Made by a program: the position numbers and the translations under genes. The notes under the pieces were generated by a model. That model did no database searches, was not told where the DNA came from, and saw only the letters and a program-made list of their open reading frames with translations. Source: Nanobdellota archaeon (GTDB taxonomy: Archaea > Nanobdellota > Nanobdellia > Pacearchaeales > GW2011-AR1). From it: a stretch of DNA of 64,000 nucleotides. This document shows, piece after piece, positions 22,151-31,814 of the stretch (positions within the stretch are counted from its first letter, which is position 1; each line of letters starts with the position of its first letter). Location: the NCBI GenBank assembly GCA_038044205.1, contig JBBTAN010000017.1, forward strand, positions 104,452-168,451, given 5' to 3'.

Positions 22151-24424
22151 TTAAAAAGAATGAAGTAATTCATTAGTAGGGAATAATTTATTTTGTTTAG
22201 GGATATATGTTTTATTTACTTTAATATTATTTTTATTTAGTGCGTTTAGAAGATTATTTAATTCTGGACCTGGATTTGCCCACATAGTATTAACTCCATT
22301 TAATACACGTCCAGAAATTACACCTGGTACATTGTTTGTTAATATCTCAAAATCTAAATCAATATTTTTATCATTATGGAATTGTTTAGCTACATTATCA
22401 TAAAGGTCATTTATATTAATATTTTTGTAATATTTTTCTATAAGATTTTCATGGGATTTTTTAGGATGATCAAATAATAATTTACCTGATTTAATAAAAT
22501 AAATATAAGTAGCACCTGTTATTTTTTGTTGATATTCTGTTGCTCTATATAAATCATCAGGAGTAGGAGCAAAATCTTTTAATTTTTCTTCTAATTCTCT
22601 TATTTCATTTTCTATATTTTTTTTATTTCCGAAAGTAGGAGAAGTGATATGTCTTTGTCGTTTGAGATCAGCTAATCTATTTTCATCTTCTTGATGTTGT
22701 AGATATTCTTTAGTGAGAGGATCAATTTCATTAGATGCTGATTTAATAAAATTAGAATACCAACCATTAGAAGCATATTTTTTTATAAGATTTTCTACTA
22801 ATTTGATAATTTCTGGGTTATTTGTCTGTATTGCGTAATTTAAAGAATCATCATCAGGTTTAGCACCAAGAGAAAGAATTTTATCTATAATTTTTATATT
22901 TCTTGTTAACATTGCAGAGGATAAAGACCTCTCATTAGGTTTAGCACCAAGATTAATAATTTTATCTATAACTTCCATATTTCTTGTTAACATTGCAGTG
23001 TTTAAAGCCCCATCATATAATTTATTACCGACGAGATCAAAAATTTTATCAATAATTTCTATATTTTCTGTTCCTATTGCATGATATAAAGCATGGTCAT
23101 CAGGTTTAGCACCAAGATTGATAAATTTTTTAATAAGTTCTATGTTTTTATATTGTAGTACGATATCTAATGAATGGCTGTTAGGTTTAATTCCAAGATT
23201 GAGTAATTCGTTAACAATATTCATATTTCTCATGTATAATGCAGAATTTAAAGCTCCCTCATTGGGTTTAACACCAAGAGAAAGAATTTTATCTATTATT
23301 TTTGTATTTCTTGTTTGTATTGCAATACTTAAAGAATTGTCACTAGGTTTAGCACCAAGAGAAAAAATTTTATCTATTATTTCTTGATTTTCTGTTTGTA
23401 TTGCAGCATCTAAAGAATTTTTGTTAATTTTAGCCCCCATATTAAGAATCTTATCTATAATTTCTTGATTTTTTGTTCCTATTGCGTAATTTAAAGAATC
23501 ATTATCAGGTTTAGCGCCAAGAGAAAGAATTTTATCTATAATTTCTTGATTATTTGAATTTAATGCATAATTTAAAGACTTATCGTTATGTTTATATCCA
23601 AGAGAAAGAATTTTATTCATAATTTTTGTATTTTTTGTTTGCATTGCATAATTTATCAAGTTATATACTTTACCAATTATTTTTAGTTCATTATCATTTA
23701 GTTTATCTATTGATATATGCTTATTATCTGTACCTGCTATCTGATTTGTATTTTCATGTATCAATATATATGGTTTATTATTTTTAAAAAGAATAAATAA
23801 ATTATTTTTTTTATATTCATCGAAATATTCTTTGAATCTAGCACACCAACTAGTTCCTTTCATATCAATATGGCATGGATGTTGGTCTTTTTTTTCTAGA
23901 TGTTTATCAGTACTGTCGCTTTCCCATTCTATCAACTGATATAATTTATATTCTCCTAATTGTTCTACTAGTTTTTTAGTTCCAGTATTCTTCTCATTTT
24001 TTATATTATTTATTACTTGATTTACATTTTTATTATTTTTTATTATATCATCTGCTAAAATATCAATATCGTCTTTGGTATAACCTGGTAAATTAGCATT
24101 AACTAATTGATTGGTTATATCATTTTTTAATTTTTCATATTTTTGTTCAGGAGATAATAAATTATTGAGATAGTTATTGAAATTAATTTTTAAGTTATCG
24201 ACAATATGTTGATTATCTCCTTTTGGGATAGTGAATGAGTTTATGAATTTATTAATGATAGTAGATAGATTTTGATTTGGGAACTGGATTTCTTTTTCTA
24301 TGAAGAAAGATTTGATTTGGTCATACTGATTTTGATTCATAGTAGGGAATTTAGGTTTTATTATTTTGTTAAATAGGAATTTATCCCAAGTATCCTGAAT
24401 ATTAGCTAAAATATACCAACCCAT
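22151..24424 (-). CDS. ankyrin-like 27-residue tandem-repeat protein with MGWY N-terminus
   Basis: 757 aa; ~11 repeats of (S/A)Lxx(A)(I/L)xxxNxEIIDKILSLGAKPxxx. Confidence 0.75.
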   Translation of the reverse strand: MGWYILANIQDTWDKFLFNKIIKPKFPTMNQNQYDQIKSFFIEKEIQFPNQNLSTIINKFINSFTIPKGDNQHIVDNLKINFNNYLNNLLSPEQKYEKLKNDITNQLVNANLPGYTKDDIDILADDIIKNNKNVNQVINNIKNEKNTGTKKLVEQLGEYKLYQLIEWESDSTDKHLEKKDQHPCHIDMKGTSWCARFKEYFDEYKKNNLFILFKNNKPYILIHENTNQIAGTDNKHISIDKLNDNELKIIGKVYNLINYAMQTKNTKIMNKILSLGYKHNDKSLNYALNSNNQEIIDKILSLGAKPDNDSLNYAIGTKNQEIIDKILNMGAKINKNSLDAAIQTENQEIIDKIFSLGAKPSDNSLSIAIQTRNTKIIDKILSLGVKPNEGALNSALYMRNMNIVNELLNLGIKPNSHSLDIVLQYKNIELIKKFINLGAKPDDHALYHAIGTENIEIIDKIFDLVGNKLYDGALNTAMLTRNMEVIDKIINLGAKPNERSLSSAMLTRNIKIIDKILSLGAKPDDDSLNYAIQTNNPEIIKLVENLIKKYASNGWYSNFIKSASNEIDPLTKEYLQHQEDENRLADLKRQRHITSPTFGNKKNIENEIRELEEKLKDFAPTPDDLYRATEYQQKITGATYIYFIKSGKLLFDHPKKSHENLIEKYYKNININDLYDNVAKQFHNDKNIDLDFEILTNNVPGVISGRVLNGVNTMWANPGPELNNLLNALNKNNIKVNKTYIPKQNKLFPTNELLHSF
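22760..23650 (-). repeat. coding tandem repeats (81-nt period) inside 22151..24424
   Basis: visible DNA-level repetition (AAGAGAAAGAATTTTATCTATAAT...). Confidence 0.7.
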
Positions 24425-24550
24425 AATAATAATCCTTTTATTTTACATAATAATATATTCTATATTTTATATTATATTTCCTTTTTTGGATTGATCAGAA
24501 TTTTTTGGATGGAGAAGGTATAATGGTATAGAGTATTTTTGGAGAGAAAA

Positions 24551-24874
24551 ATGAGAATATATGTAGATATAGATGGTACGTTGACGAACATTGTCGAAGG
24601 GAAACCTGTAAATGCTCCTCCACGTCAGGATGTAATAGATAAAGTCAAGGCGTTGATAGAGTTAGGGCATGTTGTTGTTTTATGGTCAGGGAAAGGGGCA
24701 AGACACGCGAAGAAAGTAGCTAAATTATATAATATAAAGGCAGTAGCATGTTTGAGGAAACCTCATCTTATTATTATAGATGATGAAGTTGAACAGATGA
24801 AGAGGCGTTTACCTAAAGCAGTAATCAGTCCTGAAGATTTTTTGGCTATGGATTTTAATAATAAGAAAATATAA
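24551..24874 (+). CDS. small HAD-superfamily phosphatase-like protein
   Basis: MRIYVDIDGTLT = HAD motif I DxDGT; SD-proximal ATG. Confidence 0.6.
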   Translation: MRIYVDIDGTLTNIVEGKPVNAPPRQDVIDKVKALIELGHVVVLWSGKGARHAKKVAKLYNIKAVACLRKPHLIIIDDEVEQMKRRLPKAVISPEDFLAMDFNNKKI

Positions 24875-24900
24875 AATAAATTTATTTTAAAGGAGAAAAA

Positions 24901-25167
24901 ATGGACAATGATGTAAATGTTTTAAATGAAATTGAGAAAAATCTTTTAAGTGCAGAATATAAACCTGCTATTAATATTAGATACGCAATAGGCGATAAAT
25001 TACAAATTTTTGATCAGCCTAATATTTGGATTAATATTATTGATTCTAGTTCTGTTGGATGTATGACGTTGAATAAAGAAAAAGATAAGATTATTACAAG
25101 TTTATATTTGGCAAGCCCTTATATTTTAATAGAATGGGACGTTGGTAAAATTGAAAATATAAAATAA
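24901..25167 (+). CDS. hypothetical protein
   Basis: 88 aa, strong SD. Confidence 0.55.
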   Translation: MDNDVNVLNEIEKNLLSAEYKPAINIRYAIGDKLQIFDQPNIWINIIDSSSVGCMTLNKEKDKIITSLYLASPYILIEWDVGKIENIK

Positions 25168-25191
25168 ATTTATTATTAAAAGGAGAAAGAA

Positions 25192-25647
25192 ATGAAAATC
25201 AGGAATGGATTTGTTAGTAACAGTTCGAGTAGTTCATTTGTTATTATGACGAGTTTAGAGAATCATAAGAAGGCATTGGGGCAGATGGATGAATATAGTA
25301 GGAAGGTTATGGAGAAATTGGTAGAGAAGAGTAAGTTATTTGGCAGGGATATTGTCAGTGTAAGTGATATGCATTTAAATGATGGTGAAAGCTGGAATTT
25401 CAGGGATTTTGATTATAGTTTAGATGGTGAGTATGAAGAACCAGAGGGGGGTGATTATGATGATTGTGACGAAGAAGATGATGACGACAATGATGAAGAA
25501 TCGTCTAAAAAAGAAAAGAAAAATGGCAAGAAGCAAGTTCCTGTAAATGAATATGGAGATCAGACTAGTATATCTGAAATTATTGATGAATGGGAGAAAT
25601 TAATAAATAAAAATCCTGATGAAGTATTTAGTAATAATATTGGGTAG
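25192..25647 (+). CDS. hypothetical highly acidic protein
   Basis: 151 aa; D/E tract; stop lies at the edge of the IS element. Confidence 0.6.
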   Translation: MKIRNGFVSNSSSSSFVIMTSLENHKKALGQMDEYSRKVMEKLVEKSKLFGRDIVSVSDMHLNDGESWNFRDFDYSLDGEYEEPEGGDYDDCDEEDDDDNDEESSKKEKKNGKKQVPVNEYGDQTSISEIIDEWEKLINKNPDEVFSNNIG

Positions 25648-25860
25648 TGAACTACCCCATGCTAAAGCATCGGGGCTTCCTCATTCAACGACAGTAACTT
25701 ACTGTCAAGTCCTCAATTCCTTTTAAAGAATTAAAGACTTGACTTGCAGAGGTTACTGTCTCCTGAAGCGTTAATTCCCTGAGTCCATCAGGTATTTTAC
25801 TCATTCCCTCTCTCTTTATATTAATCGCAGCATTTATATCTCTATCTATTTCTAATTTAC
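25640..25860 (-). ncRNA. predicted omega (right-end) RNA of TnpB
   Basis: by analogy: overlaps tnpB 3' end and the hairpin-rich element end (GGGTAG/CTACCC, CCCCATGC/GCATCGGGG, GACAGTAA/TTACTGTC). Confidence 0.3.
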
Positions 25861-26959
25861 AATTATCACAAATATAAATTCTCTCATCTAACTCTACTTT
25901 CTTCTTTTTACCACATTTACTACATGTTTTAGTTGAAGGGAAGAATTGAGAAACAGGAACAGGAGTCAGTATTCTATCTTTTAGAATACTAATAAGTCCT
26001 CCTAATCCTGTCTTATTTATCTTCTTCCCGTGTCCGTTCTTTTGCCAACTAGCTATTGAATCCTCCTGATAACAAACATATTTATAGTTCTTTCTCAATA
26101 CACTCACTATCTTATTCTTTATATCCCTCTTTTTATTATTTAATTTATTATATTCTTTTTGTAACAATAATCTCTTTTTGAACATGTTCCTTGAATTCTT
26201 ATTCTTTGTATTATTTTTCTTATTTCTATTTATTCTCCTTGATATTTTTCTTATTCTCTTATTTACAGGAACTTCATATTTTATCTTTATACCATTATCT
26301 AATGTTACTTGTGTTTCACAACCTAAATCAATACCAACTGTTTTATCTTTTATACTTTCATATAATAATTTTTGTTCTTCTTTATATTCTTCATCTTTCT
26401 CCATATAACAAGTAACATGAAGAAAGAAATCATTATTTCTTTTTATTAGGTGAGCATTAGCTAATTCATAATTATCAGGTATTTGATTAGTTCCACTTAA
26501 TTTAATTTTCTTCTTTATTCCCTGCAACCTCAAATAATTATTTTCTATTTCATATGTTACATGTGCCTGTTTCAAAGGAATAGAAGAAAAATTAGAAGTA
26601 AATCCTATCCAACCAACTTTGAATCCTTTTTCTTTTAATGTGTGTAATGTTTTTATATTAGAAAATATTCTATTATGTATAGCTTGTTTCATTTGACTTG
26701 ATAATACAGATAATTCTCTTTCTTCTATCCCATTTGGAGTTACAACAGGAACAGATTTAATTTTAGTATCAACTGTAGATAAATCATCAAGTGATAAACA
26801 ATAATTAAAGAAATATTTAGCTTCTTTGAAAAGGGTATATAATAAAGATTTGGTTGATTTAGACAGGTGAGATTTGTCAATTTTTAGTTCGACAATCTTT
26901 CTCACCTGTGTCTTGCGTTTAACTTTGGTCTCTAACTTTGTTTTTAATCTTTTATGCAT
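25685..26959 (-). CDS. tnpB: TnpB (IS605 OrfB-type RNA-guided nuclease)
   Basis: 424 aa; GIDLG RuvC-I, CSKCG...CDNC zinc finger, DRDINAAINI RuvC-III. Confidence 0.85.
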   Translation of the reverse strand: MHKRLKTKLETKVKRKTQVRKIVELKIDKSHLSKSTKSLLYTLFKEAKYFFNYCLSLDDLSTVDTKIKSVPVVTPNGIEERELSVLSSQMKQAIHNRIFSNIKTLHTLKEKGFKVGWIGFTSNFSSIPLKQAHVTYEIENNYLRLQGIKKKIKLSGTNQIPDNYELANAHLIKRNNDFFLHVTCYMEKDEEYKEEQKLLYESIKDKTVGIDLGCETQVTLDNGIKIKYEVPVNKRIRKISRRINRNKKNNTKNKNSRNMFKKRLLLQKEYNKLNNKKRDIKNKIVSVLRKNYKYVCYQEDSIASWQKNGHGKKINKTGLGGLISILKDRILTPVPVSQFFPSTKTCSKCGKKKKVELDERIYICDNCKLEIDRDINAAINIKREGMSKIPDGLRELTLQETVTSASQVFNSLKGIEDLTVSYCR

Positions 26960-27219
26960 ATAAATATATTATATATGTAATCTTTGTTTTCCTGCAAAGA
27001 AAAGATTTTTATTGAAATATTTTTTCAGGTAACAGGTATAATGGATATAAGCGCCATTCATCCCTATGCTGAAGCTACAGGGCTTTCCGGCGCTATAATT
27101 CTGTAAGGATGATGCGTATGAAATAATATCAGAAAAAATATTTGATGCCATAGGAAGAACATATCCTTCATTAAAAAATGAATGTAAAAGACAAATGAAC
27201 GAAAGGAAAAAGAAATAAA

Positions 27220-27408
27220 ATGAAAGTAATTTTGTCAATTGGTTCAGATGAAGATGATAGGAAAATATGGTATGTAGGTTGGAGAGGTGAAGATTCAGAA
27301 GTTGAATTTGCATTGGATAAATTAAATAAGCAAACAGATTGTTCTGATTATTTTGTAGTAGTGGAAGAAGTTAATGGTAATTTGGGAAATGTCGGAGAGA
27401 TATATTGA
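27220..27408 (+). CDS. hypothetical protein
   Basis: 62 aa, moderate SD. Confidence 0.4.
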   Translation: MKVILSIGSDEDDRKIWYVGWRGEDSEVEFALDKLNKQTDCSDYFVVVEEVNGNLGNVGEIY

Positions 27409-27453
27409 AAAAGGAAATAATAAAATATATTATATTTTTATTGGAGTGAATAA

Positions 27454-27717
27454 ATGGAAGCACATTTAATAAGAGATGATTGTTTAACTATTAGGTCAGA
27501 GCATTCAGAATTAGTTGATAAATCTAAATTGATTTACATGGACCCTCCTTATGGGCCAAAAGCAGAAGATATTTATTATGGAGTAGGAGATAGTTTAGAA
27601 GAATATTTAGATTGGTTGATGGAAAGAATAAGAATTATTAAAAATATAAATAATAATTTTAATTTAGATATTTTAGAAGATAAATTTGGCTATGTTGATA
27701 ATTTTGGAGAAAAATAA
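27454..27717 (+). pseudogene. truncated N-terminal fragment of a DPPY-type (N6A/N4C) DNA methyltransferase
   Basis: 87 aa with IYMDPPY and EEYLDWL..RI, but no AdoMet FxGxG region follows. Confidence 0.5.
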
Positions 27718-27718
27718 T

Positions 27719-28075
27719 ATGGAATGTAAACATAATGATTTTTTATTTCAAGTTATGTTTAGTGTTGTAAAAGAAATAAATAAATTAAAATACGATGAAG
27801 TTGTTATTGTAAAAAATTGTATTGGTTTCAATAAGAGAAGTTTCATTTTAAATATTGATAATTTTAATATTTACTGTACAGAACTCAAAAATATAAAGTA
27901 TAATAATATTATTAAAGTTTGCTATTCATCAAGTAAAGATCATGTAGTATTTAATAGTTATATTTCTGATACAAATGATATATGTAATAGAGTATCAAGT
28001 TATATATGCTATACGATAGGTAAATATTTAAAAAATAAAAAGGAATCGACCAATGAAAGCAAAAGAATTAGTTGA
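27719..28075 (+). CDS. single-copy member of a ~110-aa domain family (see 28407..29543)
   Basis: SD-proximal ATG; NCIGFNKRSFILNIDNFNIYCTE resembles repeats of the next-but-one gene. Confidence 0.55.
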   Translation: MECKHNDFLFQVMFSVVKEINKLKYDEVVIVKNCIGFNKRSFILNIDNFNIYCTELKNIKYNNIIKVCYSSSKDHVVFNSYISDTNDICNRVSSYICYTIGKYLKNKKESTNESKRIS

Positions 28076-28394
28076 AATTTTAAATGATCATCCAAAAATT
28101 AAAAGATTTAGAGATGTTTTGATTAAATATCCTGATGTTGAATTATTTTCTATTTTTTATTTTGATGAGTCTGATAAATATATATCTCCTTTTGAAGAGA
28201 TTGGTATGACCTGTAGTTTATCTAAAGTTCCATGTTTAACTAAAGTGGCAAAGGTGGTATCAAATGATAATGAAGAGCATTATCATTATGAAGAAATAAA
28301 AACTATAAACAGACGTAAGAAATATAATAAAAATTATTTTAATGGTAGCGTAATTAATAAAGAAATTGAAGTTTTAATTGTATATGAAGCATAA
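28053..28394 (+). CDS. hypothetical protein
   Basis: 113 aa, SD AAAGGAA. Confidence 0.5.
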   Translation: MKAKELVEILNDHPKIKRFRDVLIKYPDVELFSIFYFDESDKYISPFEEIGMTCSLSKVPCLTKVAKVVSNDNEEHYHYEEIKTINRRKKYNKNYFNGSVINKEIEVLIVYEA

Positions 28395-28406
28395 AAGGAG
28401 AATGAA

Positions 28407-29543
28407 ATGATTATTAAAGATGATTGTTTTTCTAAAATTAAATCAATTATTAAAGACAAATTATGTATTTTAAAATCTGATAAAATTATTTATTTTGAAA
28501 ATTGTATTCATAATAACACTAAAGGTATTTCATTAAATATTGATAATAATTTTTTTATTTATTTTACAGACAATCAAAGTGTTTCTACTGGTATTGTTGT
28601 TTATATTGTTTATAATGGTGAAGAAGAATTATTACAATCATTTCCGGGTTTGTCGCAAGAAACATGTAGTAATGTTGCAAATTATGTTGTAATGATTGTT
28701 AAAAATCATTTAATAGAAAAATTTGTTAAGAAAAATAAAGATTATTTTATTTTACTTATGGAGAATATTAAAAAATATACAAAGAAAAATAAATTAGACG
28801 ATATTGTTATTTTCGATATGCTTGATTCTAATAATTTGAAAATACTCATTGATGATTTATCTATTCTTTGTAAAAGAATAGATAAAAGTAATTTAAATGG
28901 TTTTACTGGATTTGAGTTAACGGATTCATATGGAAAAGATTCTCCTATGTATATTGGCGGGATTTCTGAATGGTATTGTTGTGTGGTAGCAAATTATGTG
29001 ATTAGTAAAATAAATAAGTATTTAGATAAAAAATCTAAGGAAAATAAAAAAGAAAATAAAGATTATTTTATTTTACTTATGGAAAATATTAAAAAAGAAT
29101 TAAAGAAGATTGATATAAATGAAAAAATTATTTATACTTTACCAGAGGTTTTTTGTGCAGAAAAAATATTTACAATAAATATAAGAGATTTTTATATTTA
29201 TTGTACGGAAAAACAAGATGGTAGCATAAAATTTCAGTGTGTAAATAACAACTTACAATATGGAGAATTTGGAAAATATTTAGTAATAAATAATAAATCT
29301 GATTTTATGTTAGATGAAGCGTCAAAGTATTGTATAGAAATGATTAATAAATATTTTTATACTATGAGAATGAAAGGGATTGAATTAAACAAAAATCCAC
29401 AGTCTATTGATATTAAAAATTATTTATTTGATGGGGTGAAAATATTTGAATGTAGTAGTTGTGGTGTTTTAGCTGTTGTTGGTAGGGAAAAAGAAAATAG
29501 TAATAATATGTATTGTTTAAAATGTTCACAAGAGAAAAAATAA
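28407..29543 (+). CDS. protein with three copies of the ~110-aa domain plus C-terminal zinc ribbon
   Basis: KDYFILLMENIKK repeated; ...I(D/R)(N/D)F(F)IY(F/C)T(D/E)...; CSSCG...CLKC. Confidence 0.65.
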   Translation: MIIKDDCFSKIKSIIKDKLCILKSDKIIYFENCIHNNTKGISLNIDNNFFIYFTDNQSVSTGIVVYIVYNGEEELLQSFPGLSQETCSNVANYVVMIVKNHLIEKFVKKNKDYFILLMENIKKYTKKNKLDDIVIFDMLDSNNLKILIDDLSILCKRIDKSNLNGFTGFELTDSYGKDSPMYIGGISEWYCCVVANYVISKINKYLDKKSKENKKENKDYFILLMENIKKELKKIDINEKIIYTLPEVFCAEKIFTINIRDFYIYCTEKQDGSIKFQCVNNNLQYGEFGKYLVINNKSDFMLDEASKYCIEMINKYFYTMRMKGIELNKNPQSIDIKNYLFDGVKIFECSSCGVLAVVGREKENSNNMYCLKCSQEKK

Positions 29544-29544
29544 A

Positions 29545-29748
29545 ATGTTCAATGTTATAGAAAATTTTACTGATTTTTTCAAATGGATATTTATAATTTC
29601 ATTTGAAAGAAATATAAATATTATTTCTCGCATTAGAAGATTGATAGCTTTGCCATTATATTTAATTATTTTTATATTAGTTATTCCTATTTTTATTTTA
29701 GGTATTTTAGCTGATATTGTTAGTGATTTAGACCATACTACGGAGTAA
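29545..29748 (+). CDS. small membrane protein, paralog of 29752..29970
   Basis: RIRRLIALPLYLIIF... shared. Confidence 0.5.
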   Translation: MFNVIENFTDFFKWIFIISFERNINIISRIRRLIALPLYLIIFILVIPIFILGILADIVSDLDHTTE

Positions 29749-29751
29749 AAA

Positions 29752-29970
29752 ATGATTAAATATATGTATAAACATTTTAAAGATATGATAAAAGAAATAT
29801 TAAAAGCTCCTTTCGAGAGTGGAACTTCTGTTATAGGTAGAATAAGAAGAATAGTAGCATTGCCATTTTTTCTAATAAGTACATTGTTTGTTTTCCTTAT
29901 TTTTATTTTTTGTGGAATAGGATATACAATAAGCGGTTTAGATGAATTGAGTAAAAAGGAAAATAAATGA
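29752..29970 (+). CDS. small membrane protein, paralog of 29545..29748
   Basis: RIRRIVALPFFLIST... Confidence 0.5.
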   Translation: MIKYMYKHFKDMIKEILKAPFESGTSVIGRIRRIVALPFFLISTLFVFLIFIFCGIGYTISGLDELSKKENK

Positions 29971-30236
29971 AAAAATATTTTGTTACAGTAAATTGCAGAG
30001 AAGAAATTAGTGGTAATATTAATTACACTACACGACATACTCCTTTTTCTTTTATTATAGAAGAAGATGACTATAAAGGATATTGCGAAGCTATTTTAGG
30101 AAATGATACTGTTAGAACTTCTGGTACAATTACCAATTTAATAAAAGAAGTTTGTAGTCAATCAGGTGTGATTATGACTTCTTATGTTATGTTTGATTTG
30201 CCGCCAGGTTTTGAACATTTTAGAGATGGAAGTTAA
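29967..30236 (+). CDS. hypothetical protein
   Basis: 89 aa, ATGA overlap with previous gene. Confidence 0.5.
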   Translation: MKKYFVTVNCREEISGNINYTTRHTPFSFIIEEDDYKGYCEAILGNDTVRTSGTITNLIKEVCSQSGVIMTSYVMFDLPPGFEHFRDGS

Positions 30237-30251
30237 AAAAGGAAAAGAAAA

Positions 30252-31808
30252 ATGAATAGAGAAGATTGTTTAGTTTGGCAAGTGAGTGATAGGAGTAAGG
30301 ATTACTGTGATACGCTTTCCTGTGATAGTTGTCCGCATAAGTTAGGTAAAATGAATAATCAATGTTCAATTTGTGGAATTATTGATGTAGATCATAATAG
30401 TAAATGTATTAAATGTGGCAATATGTTTTGTAATTCTCATTTTATTTTCAGCAGAAATTTATGTTTTAATTGTATAGAAAAAGAAATAAGAAAATGTTAT
30501 TATTGTAAGGAAGAAGGTTCTTTTAGATGTGAGATATGTGGGTTGTTGTGTTGTAAATTTCATTTTAATCATGGGTATTGTTGTAATTGTTCTAAAGAGG
30601 CTTTAGTTAAATATAATATGGAGCATTACAGTAAAGACGCAAGTCAAAAATCTTTTACTAATAATGTTATGGAATTAAAAAATAAAAAAGAAAAGAAAGA
30701 ATTTCAGGAACATTTGAATAAGGCAATGGATACTGTTTTAAGTTGGCAAAAATGTAAGAAAGATCTTTTAGAGATTGAAGATGTATGTCATAGATGTGGT
30801 ATAATTTTTGCAGATCATAAATTAGATAAATGTTCTGAATGTGGTCATATGTATTGTAGTAATCATTATGATTCTATTTCTAATTTATGTTGTGATTGCG
30901 ATAAAGAAGATAGAACATGTTATATTTGTGGTGATGTAAAGGGATTATTAAATGAAAGACAAAATAAATGTAGTAAATGTGGAAAATTTGTTTGTAATAA
31001 TCATTATAGTGGACTTTTAGATTTATGTAAGAATTGTGCGGACGGAACAGATTATAAAGTAGATTGTGGTAACGGTAAAGTTATGAATGTTACTTGTCAT
31101 TGGCCACGTGAAGAAAAGACAAAGAAAGCTAAAGAATTTATTAATAAGAAAAGGGAATCGTCCAATACAAATAAATGTTATTGTTGCGACGAAGAAGCTT
31201 TTTACGGCTGTGTAAATTGTGGGGAAGTATGTTGTGATGAACATCATCATAGCGGTTTGTGTGATGATTGTCGTAAAGATAAAATAAATAAATGTTATTT
31301 TTGTAATGAAGAAGCTTTTCATAAATGTTCAGAATGTAAGGAACTTTGTTGCGATTTTCATTATAGAAAGGAACTGTGTCCTCATTGTTATGAATATATT
31401 CATGGGTATATTTCGAAAAAATGTAATTATTGCGATAAAGATTTATCATTGATAAATGAATATTATTGTATGGAATGTGAAGGATATTTTTGTGAAAAAC
31501 ATTTTAATAAAGAAAAGAAATTATGTTATATTTGTTATTCTTTATATTTAAAGAATAGTAAAGATATTAAAAATAAATTTTTAAATTTCCAGGAAGAGAT
31601 GAAGAAAGAACGACGAATTGAATTAAGAGATAAAGTTTTGAAGTTCCAAAAGGAAATGGATGAAGCAAGATTGAAGACAGCTATTAGGGACTGTGAAGAT
31701 CCATTTATAGAAAATAAAGAAAATATAATAGAAATAATTAAAGGTGTAGATGGATTATATAGAGATAGTGTTGGAAATATTTATTATTTTACTTGCAATT
31801 TGGAGTAA
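30252..31808 (+). CDS. protein with seven tandem 8-ligand (AN1/B-box-like) zinc fingers plus coiled coil
   Basis: 7x C-x2-C-x6-12-C-x2-C-x3-4-C-x2-H-x3-7-C-x2-C. Confidence 0.7.
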   Translation: MNREDCLVWQVSDRSKDYCDTLSCDSCPHKLGKMNNQCSICGIIDVDHNSKCIKCGNMFCNSHFIFSRNLCFNCIEKEIRKCYYCKEEGSFRCEICGLLCCKFHFNHGYCCNCSKEALVKYNMEHYSKDASQKSFTNNVMELKNKKEKKEFQEHLNKAMDTVLSWQKCKKDLLEIEDVCHRCGIIFADHKLDKCSECGHMYCSNHYDSISNLCCDCDKEDRTCYICGDVKGLLNERQNKCSKCGKFVCNNHYSGLLDLCKNCADGTDYKVDCGNGKVMNVTCHWPREEKTKKAKEFINKKRESSNTNKCYCCDEEAFYGCVNCGEVCCDEHHHSGLCDDCRKDKINKCYFCNEEAFHKCSECKELCCDFHYRKELCPHCYEYIHGYISKKCNYCDKDLSLINEYYCMECEGYFCEKHFNKEKKLCYICYSLYLKNSKDIKNKFLNFQEEMKKERRIELRDKVLKFQKEMDEARLKTAIRDCEDPFIENKENIIEIIKGVDGLYRDSVGNIYYFTCNLE

Positions 31809-31814
31809 TTTTAA

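Larger units (their letters stand above)
25640..27100 (-). mobile_element. IS200/IS605-family insertion sequence carrying tnpB only (IS1341-like)
   Basis: tnpB flanked by related same-strand hairpins CCCCATGCTAAAGCATCGGGGCTTCC (25655) and CCCTATGCTGAAGCTACAGGGCTTTCC (27062); boundaries approximate. Confidence 0.6.
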
